Position numbers and translations under genes: made by a program. From positions 1-52,758 of IMG/VR virus record IMGVR_UViG_3300020394_000115: 52,758 nt of DNA. One strand, written 5' to 3'. Positions within the stretch are counted from its first letter, which is position 1, and each line of letters begins with the position of its first letter. Under the pieces are notes generated by a model. The model had not been told where the DNA came from. It saw only the letters and a program-made list of their open reading frames with translations, and made no database searches. This stretch comes from a virus (lineage: Duplodnaviria; Caudoviricetes). Shown in pieces: positions 37,193 through 47,016 of this stretch.

Positions 37193-39670
37193 ATGAGTAA
37201 GTTTTACACAAATGTTATACAATGGGGAAACAATCTTTTACTAAGAGAGATTGTCAATGGTGAACGTATTAATCGTAGGATTAAATATTCGCCTACTATG
37301 TTTTGCCCTGTCATGAGAGAAACAAAATACAAAACTCTTCAAGGCAAATATGTGATGCCTGTTAAACATGAGACTATCAAAGAAGCCAAGAATTGGATTC
37401 AACAATACGAAGATCAGCCTCACTTGGTATATGGTAATACCAACTTTCAATTTAATTATCTGTATGAACAATATCCTAACCTTGAGTGGAATATGGATGA
37501 AGTATTAATTATTACAATTGATATTGAGGTTGCTTGTGAGAATGGTTTTCCAAATGTAAAAGATGCAGCTGAGGAAATGTTATCTATCACAATTAAGAAC
37601 CAGCAGAATAAACAAATATTTGTTTGGGGTGTAGGTAAGTATCAAACAAGTAGAAAAGATGTTGTGTATATTGAATGTGATAATGAATATGAATTACTTA
37701 CAGAGTTTCTAAAGTTTTGGAAAGTAAATCAACCAGATGTTATTACTGGTTGGAATACAGAATTTTTTGATATACCTTATTTGTGTAATCGTATTAAAAG
37801 AATAATGGGTGAGGATACTTTAAAAGATTTATCACCATGGAGATCAGTATTATCTAAAACAATATATCAAATGGGAAGACAACATCAAATATACGAAATA
37901 CAAGGTGTTGCAGCTCTTGACTACTATGATCTATATAGAAAATTTACATACACCAATCAAGAGAGTTACAAACTAGATCATATTGCTAGTGTAGAACTTG
38001 GTATTAAGAAAGATGAAAATCCACATGATACGTTTAGAGATTGGTATACAAATGACTTTCAATCTTTTATAGATTACAATATCAAAGACGTTGAGATAGT
38101 TGACCAACTAGAAGACAAGATGAAACTAATTGAACTATGTTTAACAATGGCATATGAGGCAAAAGTAAATTATGTTGATGTTCTCGGTACAGTTCGTTAT
38201 TGGGATATGTTAATACACAACTACTTAATGGATAAAAAAATTGTTATACCACAAAAAACTGATAAAGAAAAATCTGACAAGTATGAAGGTGCATATGTTA
38301 AAGACCCACAGGTTGGCGAACACAAATGGGTTGTGTCTTTTGACTTGAATAGTTTGTATCCACATCTAATTATGCAATATAATATTTCACCAGAAACATT
38401 GAAGAGTGAAAGAACTGTACCTAATATGAATGTGGATAAGATGTTAAGTAAATCAGTTGATACATCTATATTAGAAAATACTACCATGACACCAAATGGT
38501 GCTTTGTTTAGAACTGATAAAAAAGGTTTTTTACCTGAGATGATGCAAACAATGTATGATGATAGAGTTAAGTATAAACGAGCAATGTTAGATGCTAAAC
38601 AAGAATATGAAAAAACTAAAAATGCAAAATTATTAAAAATGATATCTAAGTTCGATAATATTCAAATGGCAAGAAAGATTTCACTTAACTCAGCTTATGG
38701 TGCGATTGGTAACAAATGGTTTAGATATTACAATTTACCTATGGCAGAAGCAATAACCACTTCTGGTCAACTATCTATTCGTTGGATTGAACATAAGATA
38801 AATGAATACATGAATAATATAAATCAAACAAAAGATGTTGATTATGTTATTGCGTCTGATACAGACTCAGTTTATATTCGATTTGATGAACTAATAGAAA
38901 AATTTAATCCAAAAAACCCAGTTGACTTTCTTGATAAAATAGCTAAAGATAAAGTAGAACCATTTATTAATCAAGCGTATCAAGAACTTGCTGATTACAC
39001 ACACGCATACGATCAGAAAATGCAAATGAAACGTGAAGTGATTGCAGACAAAGGTATATGGACAGCAAAGAAAAGATATATTTTAAATGCACATGACGTT
39101 GAAGGTGTTCGTTATCAAGAACCTAAATTAAAAATTATGGGAATAGAAGCAGTTAAGTCTTCAACACCAGCACCTTGTCGTGAAAAAATTAAACAAGCAT
39201 TACGTATTATTATGGATGGTAACGAAAAAGAATTAAATATATTTATTCAAAATTTTAGAACTGAGTTTCTAACATTACCACCAGAGGATGTGGCATATCC
39301 TAGAAGTGTGAATGGTCTAGATAAGTGGACTGAATCACACAATCTATTTAAAAAGGGAGCACCAATACATGTCAAAGGTGCTATATTATATAATTATCTA
39401 GTTAAGAAAAATAAACTATCTCACAAATACCCATTTATACAAGAGGGTGATAAGATTAAATTTTTACATATGCAATTACCAAACATATATCAATCTTCTA
39501 GTATTTCATTTATTACTTCATTACCAAAAGAAATAAAGTTTGCTGTTGATTATGAAACACAATTTGAAAAGTCTTTTATTGAACCTCTACATTATATTAC
39601 TGAAAAAATTAAATGGAATGTAGATAGAACTTATGGTACTCAAGGTACTCTAGATGAATTTTTTGTATGA
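37193..39670 (+). CDS. gp43: Family B DNA polymerase gp43
   Basis: DIE exonuclease motif, SFDLNSLYPH, KISLNSAYG, SDTDS, KKRY. Confidence 0.98.
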   Translation: MSKFYTNVIQWGNNLLLREIVNGERINRRIKYSPTMFCPVMRETKYKTLQGKYVMPVKHETIKEAKNWIQQYEDQPHLVYGNTNFQFNYLYEQYPNLEWNMDEVLIITIDIEVACENGFPNVKDAAEEMLSITIKNQQNKQIFVWGVGKYQTSRKDVVYIECDNEYELLTEFLKFWKVNQPDVITGWNTEFFDIPYLCNRIKRIMGEDTLKDLSPWRSVLSKTIYQMGRQHQIYEIQGVAALDYYDLYRKFTYTNQESYKLDHIASVELGIKKDENPHDTFRDWYTNDFQSFIDYNIKDVEIVDQLEDKMKLIELCLTMAYEAKVNYVDVLGTVRYWDMLIHNYLMDKKIVIPQKTDKEKSDKYEGAYVKDPQVGEHKWVVSFDLNSLYPHLIMQYNISPETLKSERTVPNMNVDKMLSKSVDTSILENTTMTPNGALFRTDKKGFLPEMMQTMYDDRVKYKRAMLDAKQEYEKTKNAKLLKMISKFDNIQMARKISLNSAYGAIGNKWFRYYNLPMAEAITTSGQLSIRWIEHKINEYMNNINQTKDVDYVIASDTDSVYIRFDELIEKFNPKNPVDFLDKIAKDKVEPFINQAYQELADYTHAYDQKMQMKREVIADKGIWTAKKRYILNAHDVEGVRYQEPKLKIMGIEAVKSSTPAPCREKIKQALRIIMDGNEKELNIFIQNFRTEFLTLPPEDVAYPRSVNGLDKWTESHNLFKKGAPIHVKGAILYNYLVKKNKLSHKYPFIQEGDKIKFLHMQLPNIYQSSSISFITSLPKEIKFAVDYETQFEKSFIEPLHYITEKIKWNVDRTYGTQGTLDEFFV

Positions 39671-40473
39671 TAGATAAACTATTAGTTGAAAATATAGAAC
39701 AAACAACACCAGATCAAAACGTGGCAGTATTATTGTCTGGTGGGGTTGATAGTATATCAGTTGCATTGGCAGCTCATAGACTAGGAAAAACTATAACAGC
39801 ATATTCTTTTTGCCTTGACAACGAGCCCTCTTATGATTATAATAAGGCTAAAGAGATTGCAAAGAATCACAATTGGGCATTTGTAGGAACTGTAATAGAC
39901 ACTACAAAACTTGAACAAGACTTTTACAAGTTGGTAAGTTTAGGATGCAAAAAGAAAACTCATTATGAATGTGTGTATCCTTTTTTACATGTGTACCCAA
40001 AGATTGCAGAGACTTATGTACTCTCTGGTTGGGCAGCAGATGGTTATTATGGAGTAAGTAAAAAAGCAAACATCCATTATAAACATACTAAAGAAAAGTT
40101 TGATGAGTTTAGAGATCAATACTTTTTACCAGAAAATGCAGCTGGATATAAAATGCATAAAAAAGTTTCGGATATGTATAATAAAAAATTTATTACACCA
40201 TATCTAAGAATGAATGTGAAAGATTATTTTTATAGTATGGATTGGTATCAATTAAATCAACCTTATCAAAAACATCACGTAAGAACTGCTTTTAATCTTG
40301 ACAAAGACGTTAAGAAACATTTAAACTTACAATTAGATTCAAAAATAAATGTATTGTTTGAAAGACTGCTAAATAATAAAAAGATAAACTATAAAGGAAG
40401 ATCAAGAGTGATGGACATGGTTAGAGATTGGCCTAAACCTGAAGGTGCAACACTAAATCAATTTATGATATGA
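39667..40473 (+). CDS. Asparagine-synthetase-like ATP-dependent amide ligase without a glutaminase domain
   Basis: PP-loop LLSGGVDS, VLSGWAADGYYG, ITPYL, KHHVRTAF; only 268 aa. Confidence 0.78.
   Translation: MIDKLLVENIEQTTPDQNVAVLLSGGVDSISVALAAHRLGKTITAYSFCLDNEPSYDYNKAKEIAKNHNWAFVGTVIDTTKLEQDFYKLVSLGCKKKTHYECVYPFLHVYPKIAETYVLSGWAADGYYGVSKKANIHYKHTKEKFDEFRDQYFLPENAAGYKMHKKVSDMYNKKFITPYLRMNVKDYFYSMDWYQLNQPYQKHHVRTAFNLDKDVKKHLNLQLDSKINVLFERLLNNKKINYKGRSRVMDMVRDWPKPEGATLNQFMI
39815..39843 (+). promoter_or_regulatory. Intragenic sigma70 promoter upstream of the C5-MTase and CmoA genes
   Basis: TTGACA(39815-20)-17 nt-TATAAT(39838-43), exact consensus. Confidence 0.6.
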
Positions 40474-41609
40474 AATACAAACCTTATTTAATGAAAGATG
40501 TACATGCTGGAGAAGCTCTGAATAAGTTTAGAGTTATATCTACTTTCGCTGGTGGTGGAGGTTCATCTACAGGTTACAGACTTGCTGGTGGTAAGATACT
40601 TGCAATTAATGAGTTTGTTGAAGAGGCAAGAAATACTTACAGAGACAATTATCCTAACACACCAATTCTTGATGGTGATATAAAAGAACTTACAGGTAAA
40701 GAATTTTTAGAAGTAACAAAATTAAAAGAAGGTGAACTAGAATTATTAGATGGCAGTCCACCTTGTTCAGCATTTAGTATGTGTGGTACTCTTGCAAGAG
40801 AGGGAACTGTACATAGTGATGGGTTTGGTAAAACTAAATCTTATTCAGATGGTAAGATAGTTACAAACATCGAAGACTTATTTTTTGAGTTTCTAAGAGT
40901 TGCTGAAGTTATTAGACCAAAAACTATTATTGCAGAAAATGTTGAGGGTCTAACAGTTGGAGAAGCAAAACAATATTTTAATAAAATTCAAAATACATTT
41001 GAAGACATTGGATATCAAGTAGTTGCAAAAGTACACGATTGTTCTCAGTTTGGTGTTCCACAAAGAAGACGAAGAGTTTTCTTCATGGCAGTACGTGATG
41101 ATATCATGGATGAAGTTGGTTTAAACTTTATGACATTATCATCTTTATTTCCTGAGCCAAATAAAACAATTACTACTTTACAAGGTGCCTTTGATGGTTT
41201 AGAGTATGATAAAGATGAAGTTGATATGTTAACTACAAAATGGAAAGAGACAGCATACTATAAACAAACATGTGTTTTGATGCCAAGAAACCCAGATAAA
41301 GTTATTACTGGTACAGACTATCATCCTAAAGGATGGCACTTTAATTTAAAGATTGCTTCAGAGTTTCACCCTAGTCCTACTATTACAGCGATGGGTGCAA
41401 CAGAAAAAACTGCTGGAGTTTGTCATTGGAATGATGATAGAAAATTTACACTTGGCGAATTAAAAAGAGTTACTTCATTACCAGATGATTTTGTACTTAC
41501 AGGTAAGTGGGCACAAAAAAGTGAAAGATGTGGTCGTATGGTACCTAGTCTTATGATGAAAGCTCTTGCTGAATCAATGTATAACAAGGTGATAAAAAAT
41601 GCCAGATAA
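40470..41609 (+). CDS. C5-cytosine DNA methyltransferase homologue, probable carboxymethyltransferase
   Basis: FAGGGG (I), GSPPC (IV), ENV (VI), QRRRRVF (VIII); motif X reads GRMVP instead of GNAV/GNSV. Confidence 0.85.
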   Translation: MKYKPYLMKDVHAGEALNKFRVISTFAGGGGSSTGYRLAGGKILAINEFVEEARNTYRDNYPNTPILDGDIKELTGKEFLEVTKLKEGELELLDGSPPCSAFSMCGTLAREGTVHSDGFGKTKSYSDGKIVTNIEDLFFEFLRVAEVIRPKTIIAENVEGLTVGEAKQYFNKIQNTFEDIGYQVVAKVHDCSQFGVPQRRRRVFFMAVRDDIMDEVGLNFMTLSSLFPEPNKTITTLQGAFDGLEYDKDEVDMLTTKWKETAYYKQTCVLMPRNPDKVITGTDYHPKGWHFNLKIASEFHPSPTITAMGATEKTAGVCHWNDDRKFTLGELKRVTSLPDDFVLTGKWAQKSERCGRMVPSLMMKALAESMYNKVIKNAR

Positions 41610-42306
41610 TGATTTTACTTTCGCACATAGAGACGAAGGTTTTGATAATCATATAGATAAATCTATTCGTGGTTATCAAGATATGTTAAAAGATGTAGTA
41701 TCTTTTTCTAGATACTTTATAGAAGACGGAACATATGTATTAGATATAGGATGTTCTACAGGTAAACTTACTGAAAGAATAATAAAAGCAAATAAAGATA
41801 TAGCACCATCTGCTCATTATGTTGGTGTTGAATATGCAAAAGGTTTTCAGAAAGACTTAAAAGAAAGAACTAAAACAATTAAAAATAATCATGATATTGA
41901 ACCAAAGTTTTTACATGCAGATATTAGATATCATGATTTTGATTATAGACATAAATTATCATTAGCAACTTCTATCTTTACTTTACAGTTTATGCCAAAG
42001 AGAGATAGAGAGGATGTAATTAAAAAAGTGTACAATCAACTACAACCTGGTGGAGCTTTAGTGTTTGCAGAAAAAGTTTATTGTGAAAATCCACAAATAC
42101 AAGACATGATGACTTTTATGTATTACGACCATAAGAAAGAAAGCTTTAGTTGTGATGATATAATGACAAAAGAAAAAACATTAAGACATATGTTAAAACC
42201 TAATACTTACGATGAATTAAAACAGTTTATGTACAATGCTGGATTTAAAGATGTGCAAGTGTTCTGGCGAAACTTTATGTTCATAGGAGCGATAGCAATA
42301 AAATGA
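41599..42306 (+). CDS. cmoA: CmoA-like carboxy-SAM synthase
   Basis: FTF...FDNHIDKSIRGY, DIGCSTG, FTLQF, GGALVFAEK, AGF...FWRNFMF match the CmoA layout. Confidence 0.8.
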   Translation: MPDNDFTFAHRDEGFDNHIDKSIRGYQDMLKDVVSFSRYFIEDGTYVLDIGCSTGKLTERIIKANKDIAPSAHYVGVEYAKGFQKDLKERTKTIKNNHDIEPKFLHADIRYHDFDYRHKLSLATSIFTLQFMPKRDREDVIKKVYNQLQPGGALVFAEKVYCENPQIQDMMTFMYYDHKKESFSCDDIMTKEKTLRHMLKPNTYDELKQFMYNAGFKDVQVFWRNFMFIGAIAIK

Positions 42307-42530
42307 GTAAGGCAAGTGAAGAGAAAAGAATGTATGAAAGTCTAAAGGCTCATGCTGAAGACATGTCATACGAAAATGAAGGTAGTACTGTTACTATCCC
42401 ATTAAAAGAATATGATAAATTAAAACAACAACAATCTTATATTACAGATAAAAGTTTAATTGCTGTGATAGATAAGATAGAAGAATTGGTTAGAGCATTA
42501 AGAAAACATATTGTTCGAACTGATATATAA
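42303..42530 (+). CDS. Hypothetical protein
   Basis: AGGAG RBS, ATGA overlap, 75 aa. Confidence 0.6.
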   Translation: MSKASEEKRMYESLKAHAEDMSYENEGSTVTIPLKEYDKLKQQQSYITDKSLIAVIDKIEELVRALRKHIVRTDI

Positions 42531-42542
42531 TAGGAGTAAATT

Positions 42543-43589
42543 ATGGCTGGAACTGATTTTCTAAAAGAAATAATTAAAACAACTGGTAATGAATATGCAT
42601 CATTGGCTAACGATGGTATCGAAAGTGGTGATGTATCAGACTTCATTGATACAGGTTCATATATTTTTAATGCTCTTCTATCTGGTTCACTATATGGTGG
42701 ACTTCCACAAAATAAAATTACAGCACTAGCAGGTGAGTCTGCAACTGGTAAGACTTTCTTTCTTATGGGGATGGTTAAACATTTCTTAGATGCAAACCCA
42801 GATGGTGGTGTTGTTTACTTTGAGTCAGAATCAGCAATTACTAAAAAGATGGTTGTTGATAGAGGTATCGATGCAGAAAGAATGGTTATTGTACCTGTAA
42901 CAACTGTACAAGAATTTAGAACACAAGCAATATCAGTATTAGATAGATACATGCAACAAGATGTAGATATAAGAAGACCATTGTTTATATGTTTAGACTC
43001 TTTAGGAATGTTATCAACTACAAAAGAAGTAGAGGATACTAAAGAAGGTAAAGAGACTAGAGACATGACAAGAGCTCAAGTATTAAAAGCTGCATTTAGA
43101 GTATTAACATTGAAACTTGGTAAAGCAAAAGTACCAATGGTTGTAACTAATCATACTTATGATGTTGTTGGTTCATATGTACCTATGAAAGAAATGGGTG
43201 GTGGAAGTGGATTAAAATATGCAGCTTCTTCTATCATATATCTTTCAAAGAAGAAAGATAAAGTAGGCACAGAGGTCGTTGGTAATATTATTCATTGTAA
43301 AAACCAAAAGTCAAGATTAACAAAAGAAAATTCTATTGTGGATGTTAAACTTACATATACTAAAGGACTTGATAAGTATTATGGTTTACTACCACTTGCT
43401 GAAAAGTATGACATATTTAAAAAAGTATCTACTAAGTACGAACTACCAGATGGTAAAAAAGTATTTGGTAAATCAATAAATGATGACCCTCAAACTTATT
43501 TTACTGAGGAAGTAATGAGTAAGTTAGAGGATGCAGCTAAAAAGGAATTTTCTTATGGTGGAAACGAAGAAACCAAAGAAGAGATATAG
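42543..43589 (+). CDS. uvsX: RecA-like recombinase UvsX
   Basis: [32 protein letters not shown]. Confidence 0.96.
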   Translation: MAGTDFLKEIIKTTGNEYASLANDGIESGDVSDFIDTGSYIFNALLSGSLYGGLPQNKITALAGESATGKTFFLMGMVKHFLDANPDGGVVYFESESAITKKMVVDRGIDAERMVIVPVTTVQEFRTQAISVLDRYMQQDVDIRRPLFICLDSLGMLSTTKEVEDTKEGKETRDMTRAQVLKAAFRVLTLKLGKAKVPMVVTNHTYDVVGSYVPMKEMGGGSGLKYAASSIIYLSKKKDKVGTEVVGNIIHCKNQKSRLTKENSIVDVKLTYTKGLDKYYGLLPLAEKYDIFKKVSTKYELPDGKKVFGKSINDDPQTYFTEEVMSKLEDAAKKEFSYGGNEETKEEI

Positions 43590-43875
43590 TTATATCGAAT
43601 CACCTAATCATCCTAAACAAACTTGTATAGGTATAAACGAAGGTAAGTGGCAAGGTGTTATATACAAATATGGTAAAGTTACACCAATTGAAAAAGATGG
43701 TACGGCAACTTTACAGTTTGAGTTTGATATACTAGAAAACAACGGACTACCAAGAGATGTATTTGACAAAGAGTTTTTTACATACATTGGTGATATATTA
43801 GTGGAAATAATTGATGAACAAAACAATCGAGAAGACAACTCTATCGCATCTAATTTGGAACGAGGATTACTCTAG
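43555..43875 (+). CDS. Hypothetical protein at the gp40 position
   Basis: Between uvsX and gp41 as in T4 uvsX-40-41; AAGGA RBS before ATG 43555. Confidence 0.55.
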   Translation: MVETKKPKKRYSYIESPNHPKQTCIGINEGKWQGVIYKYGKVTPIEKDGTATLQFEFDILENNGLPRDVFDKEFFTYIGDILVEIIDEQNNREDNSIASNLERGLL

Positions 43876-45205
43876 AAAAGTAATTCCGTTTATCAAAGAA
43901 GATTATTTTACAGATAAGAATGATAAAGTAATCTTTCAAGAGATAGTAAAGTTTATAGAGAAATATAATAAGACACCTACGATAACATCTATACAAATTG
44001 AAATAGATAATCGTAAAGACTTATCTGAGTCTCAGTTCAAAGAAATTAAAGAGACAATATCTACATTTGAAAAAGAAGATGTTGATATCGATTGGTTATG
44101 TGATACAACTGAAAACTGGTGTAAAGAAAAAGCAATATACAATGCAATCGTTGACGGAATATCTATCATCGAAGGCAGAGATAAGAATCGTAAACCAGAT
44201 GCTTTACCTACTTTACTTACAGATGCACTAGCAGTTTCATTTGATAATAGAGTTGGTCATGATTACTTACAAGATTCTACTGAGAGATTTGACTACTACC
44301 ATAAAGTAGAAGAAAGAATACCTTTTGATTTAGATTTCTTTAATAAGATTACAAAAGGTGGATTACCTCAAAAGACATTGAACGTTGCACTTGCTGGCAC
44401 AGGTGTAGGTAAATCTTTGTTCATGTGTCATATGGCTTCTAACTGTCTATCTCAAGGTAAAAATGTTTTATACATTACCTTAGAGATGGCAGAGGAGCGT
44501 ATTGCTGAAAGAATAGATGCAAACTTAATGAATCTTAGCATTGATGATTTACATGACTTACCTAAAACAATGTATCAAGATAAGATTGAAAAAGTTAAAA
44601 AGAAAGCATCAGGTAATCTTATTATTAAAGAATATCCTACAGCATCAGCACATACTAATCACTTTAGACAGTTAATACAAGAACTAGCAATTAAGAAATC
44701 ATTTAAACCAGATATTATATTTGTGGATTATTTAAATATATGTGCTTCATCTAGATTTAGAGGTGGAAGTAATATTAATTCATATACAATAATAAAAGCA
44801 ATAGCAGAGGAACTAAGAGGACTAGCAGTAGAGAATAATCTACCAATAGTCACAGCAACACAGACAACAAGAAGTGGATTTGTTTCAACTGATATCGGAC
44901 TTGAAGATACATCCGAATCATTTGGACTACCAGCAACAGCAGACTTTATGTTTGCGCTTATCTCAACAGATGAGTTAGAGGAATTAAATCAGATGGCTGT
45001 CAAACAGCTTAAAAATAGATACAATGACCCTACGGTTAATAAAAGATTTGTGCTTGGAGTAGATCGAGCAAAAATGAAACTATACGATGTAGAAGTAAAA
45101 GCTCAAGATGATATCGTTGACAAGAATCAAGAAGACGATACACCATTATTTGATAAATCAACAATAGGGTCTAGATATGAAAAGTTCCAAAAACTCAAGG
45201 TTTAA
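43814..45205 (+). CDS. gp41: Replicative helicase gp41
   Basis: AGTGVGKS, LEMAE, FVDYL, TATQT, SESFGLPATAD, QLKNRY. Confidence 0.96.
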   Translation: MNKTIEKTTLSHLIWNEDYSRKVIPFIKEDYFTDKNDKVIFQEIVKFIEKYNKTPTITSIQIEIDNRKDLSESQFKEIKETISTFEKEDVDIDWLCDTTENWCKEKAIYNAIVDGISIIEGRDKNRKPDALPTLLTDALAVSFDNRVGHDYLQDSTERFDYYHKVEERIPFDLDFFNKITKGGLPQKTLNVALAGTGVGKSLFMCHMASNCLSQGKNVLYITLEMAEERIAERIDANLMNLSIDDLHDLPKTMYQDKIEKVKKKASGNLIIKEYPTASAHTNHFRQLIQELAIKKSFKPDIIFVDYLNICASSRFRGGSNINSYTIIKAIAEELRGLAVENNLPIVTATQTTRSGFVSTDIGLEDTSESFGLPATADFMFALISTDELEELNQMAVKQLKNRYNDPTVNKRFVLGVDRAKMKLYDVEVKAQDDIVDKNQEDDTPLFDKSTIGSRYEKFQKLKV

Positions 45206-45383
45206 GATTGAAATAGCACCAGGTCAGAGACAATCTTATAAAGTAAGGGATACTAAGTTTAACCATATCGTGCATAAATGTGAATTTAAAGAGGATGCAG
45301 AGGAATTTTGCAAGTTTCAGAATAAACATTGCACATGGGGTAACTTTGAATTCCCAAAGTTTATGCGACCAACAGACGAATAA
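45177..45383 (+). CDS. Hypothetical protein
   Basis: 68-aa ORF filling the gap after gp41. Confidence 0.55.
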   Translation: MKSSKNSRFKIEIAPGQRQSYKVRDTKFNHIVHKCEFKEDAEEFCKFQNKHCTWGNFEFPKFMRPTDE

Positions 45384-45406
45384 ATACTTGTTAATTTGTA
45401 TAAATG
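45379..45406 (+). promoter_or_regulatory. Late promoter(s) for the downstream cluster
   Basis: AATAAATA 45379-45386 and TATAAATG 45399-45406. Confidence 0.55.
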
Positions 45407-45415
45407 GAGGGCTTG

Positions 45416-46756
45416 ATGGCTATCAACAAATACGTACAACAGGTTAGACGCAGACAAACACAACTAGTAAATCACGTTGAAAAGATTTCAAATCTTATTC
45501 AAGAAGATGCTATGAATCTTCCTATTGATATTTTTAGAGGATTAGACTATTCAAAATCTAGTAAACTTTCTTCATCTAAAAGAGATGTTATAATTGTACG
45601 TTCACCAGACAGAGAGACAGATAGAGACGAGATATTAAGAAATTTAAGACAAGCTGGGGTAGATGCAAAACTAGGAGACTCACAATCTAGTGTAGACCCT
45701 ATTGATGGTACGTTTGAGGATAGAGCATTTAGAATATTTGTTAAACCACAATCGGGTGGAATGGGTGAAACAACTTTAAATGCTTCAATTACTGAACTGT
45801 TTCCATGCATTGCATTTGAAAAAAAATATAAACCAAAAGATGCTAAATCTTTTCATGAGTACTTGTTAGATGTTAATCTTAAACAACTTAAATGTGTCAT
45901 ACCAGCTGATGTAGAAAAAGCTCAAGAGATAATTAATAGAGCAGATACTTCATCAAAGTTTGAAGATAAGATGAACAATGCTATTGCAATTCATCAATAC
46001 ATTCTAGATCAAAACAAAGATAAAAAAATAGTTGAGACTAGATGGGGCCCAACAAACAAATCTAAACCTGCAGGTGTACCAGGTGGACACCCAGGTGATA
46101 TATTTTTAATTTATTTTGATAAATCAATATTAGGTGTTAGTTTAAAAGCAGGTGGAAAGAAAACTACTGAACCTAAACTAAACACTTATGTTAATACTAT
46201 ATTCAACTCATTCAGACAAGGTAATAAGTTAAGAGGGATTTATGCTAAGGTACATAAAGAAGCACATGGTAAAGTTCCAGGTATGCCACCAGCAAATAGA
46301 TTTCAAAAAGATAGAAAAACATCGCAAGTTCTAAGAGACTTTGACAAAAAGAATAATAAAAAGTATGAAGAACTTTATAATACATATCTTGAAATAATGA
46401 GACAAGAAGTTATTAAACTATTTAATGCAAATAGAAAAAATACTTTAGAGTATATTAAAAGAGAAGTTTTAAGAGACGCACCAGACACACCTACAATGGT
46501 AATTAAAGCAGCTGGTAAAACTTATTCAGAGATAACTGAAAAAGATGCTTTAGGAGTATTCATACCACAAGTAGATTTTGTAAAAGCATATCCTAGTAGA
46601 ACTTCTAAGCAAAATTGGGAAATAGAATTAAAGTCTGGTTCAGATAGTTTAATTATGAAGATGTCTATTAGAACTAACAAATCAGGTCATGCAGGTGTAA
46701 AAAAATTAGGACAACATTCTCTTGCAGTAAAATATAACTCATTGGCAACAAAGTAA
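45416..46756 (+). CDS. Hypothetical protein with a PD-(D/E)xK-like nuclease motif
   Basis: GGAGG RBS before ATG 45416; TELFP...PGDIFL...GVSLK. Confidence 0.55.
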   Translation: MAINKYVQQVRRRQTQLVNHVEKISNLIQEDAMNLPIDIFRGLDYSKSSKLSSSKRDVIIVRSPDRETDRDEILRNLRQAGVDAKLGDSQSSVDPIDGTFEDRAFRIFVKPQSGGMGETTLNASITELFPCIAFEKKYKPKDAKSFHEYLLDVNLKQLKCVIPADVEKAQEIINRADTSSKFEDKMNNAIAIHQYILDQNKDKKIVETRWGPTNKSKPAGVPGGHPGDIFLIYFDKSILGVSLKAGGKKTTEPKLNTYVNTIFNSFRQGNKLRGIYAKVHKEAHGKVPGMPPANRFQKDRKTSQVLRDFDKKNNKKYEELYNTYLEIMRQEVIKLFNANRKNTLEYIKREVLRDAPDTPTMVIKAAGKTYSEITEKDALGVFIPQVDFVKAYPSRTSKQNWEIELKSGSDSLIMKMSIRTNKSGHAGVKKLGQHSLAVKYNSLATK

Positions 46757-47016
46757 TGAAAACATATAAAGATTTAATGAACGATAACAGATGCCCACCA
46801 GGTATGAAGTACGATAAAAAATTAAAACAATGCGTACCAAAAAAAATAAGATATAAGGGAAGATATATTCTTGGCGTTCCAAAAAATACAAGTGGGGGTG
46901 ATGAGACACCTGCAAATGGAAATGGCAACGGCAATGGTAATGGAAACGGAAACGGAAACGGAAATGGTGGAAACGGAAACGGAGGTGGCAATGGTGGAAA
47001 TGGAGGTGGTGAATAA
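46756..47016 (+). CDS. Small protein with capsid-targeting-like leader and Gly-Asn tail
   Basis: MKTYKDLM, CPPG...CVP, (NG)n; TAATG coupling on both sides. Confidence 0.7.
   Translation: MKTYKDLMNDNRCPPGMKYDKKLKQCVPKKIRYKGRYILGVPKNTSGGDETPANGNGNGNGNGNGNGNGNGGNGNGGGNGGNGGGE
46915..47010 (+). repeat. Coding low-complexity Asn-Gly repeat
   Basis: AAYGGN codon repeats including tandem GGAAAC. Confidence 0.9.

Noticed and set aside
39667-40473. QueC / 7-deazaguanine pathway
   Set aside because: SGGxDS is shared by PP-loop enzymes, but the QueC zinc-binding Cys cluster is missing, the SGxxADxxxG Asn-synthetase motif is present, and no queD/queE/folE/dpdA is nearby.
41599-42306. CmoA acting in tRNA cmo5U synthesis
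   Set aside because: No CmoB or tRNA in the window, and the gene overlaps a DNA MTase with a carboxylate-compatible Arg; not excluded, but less parsimonious.
37193-45205. Introns or inteins in gp43, uvsX or gp41
   Set aside because: The ORFs are continuous and of ordinary length, with no splice motifs or embedded endonuclease.
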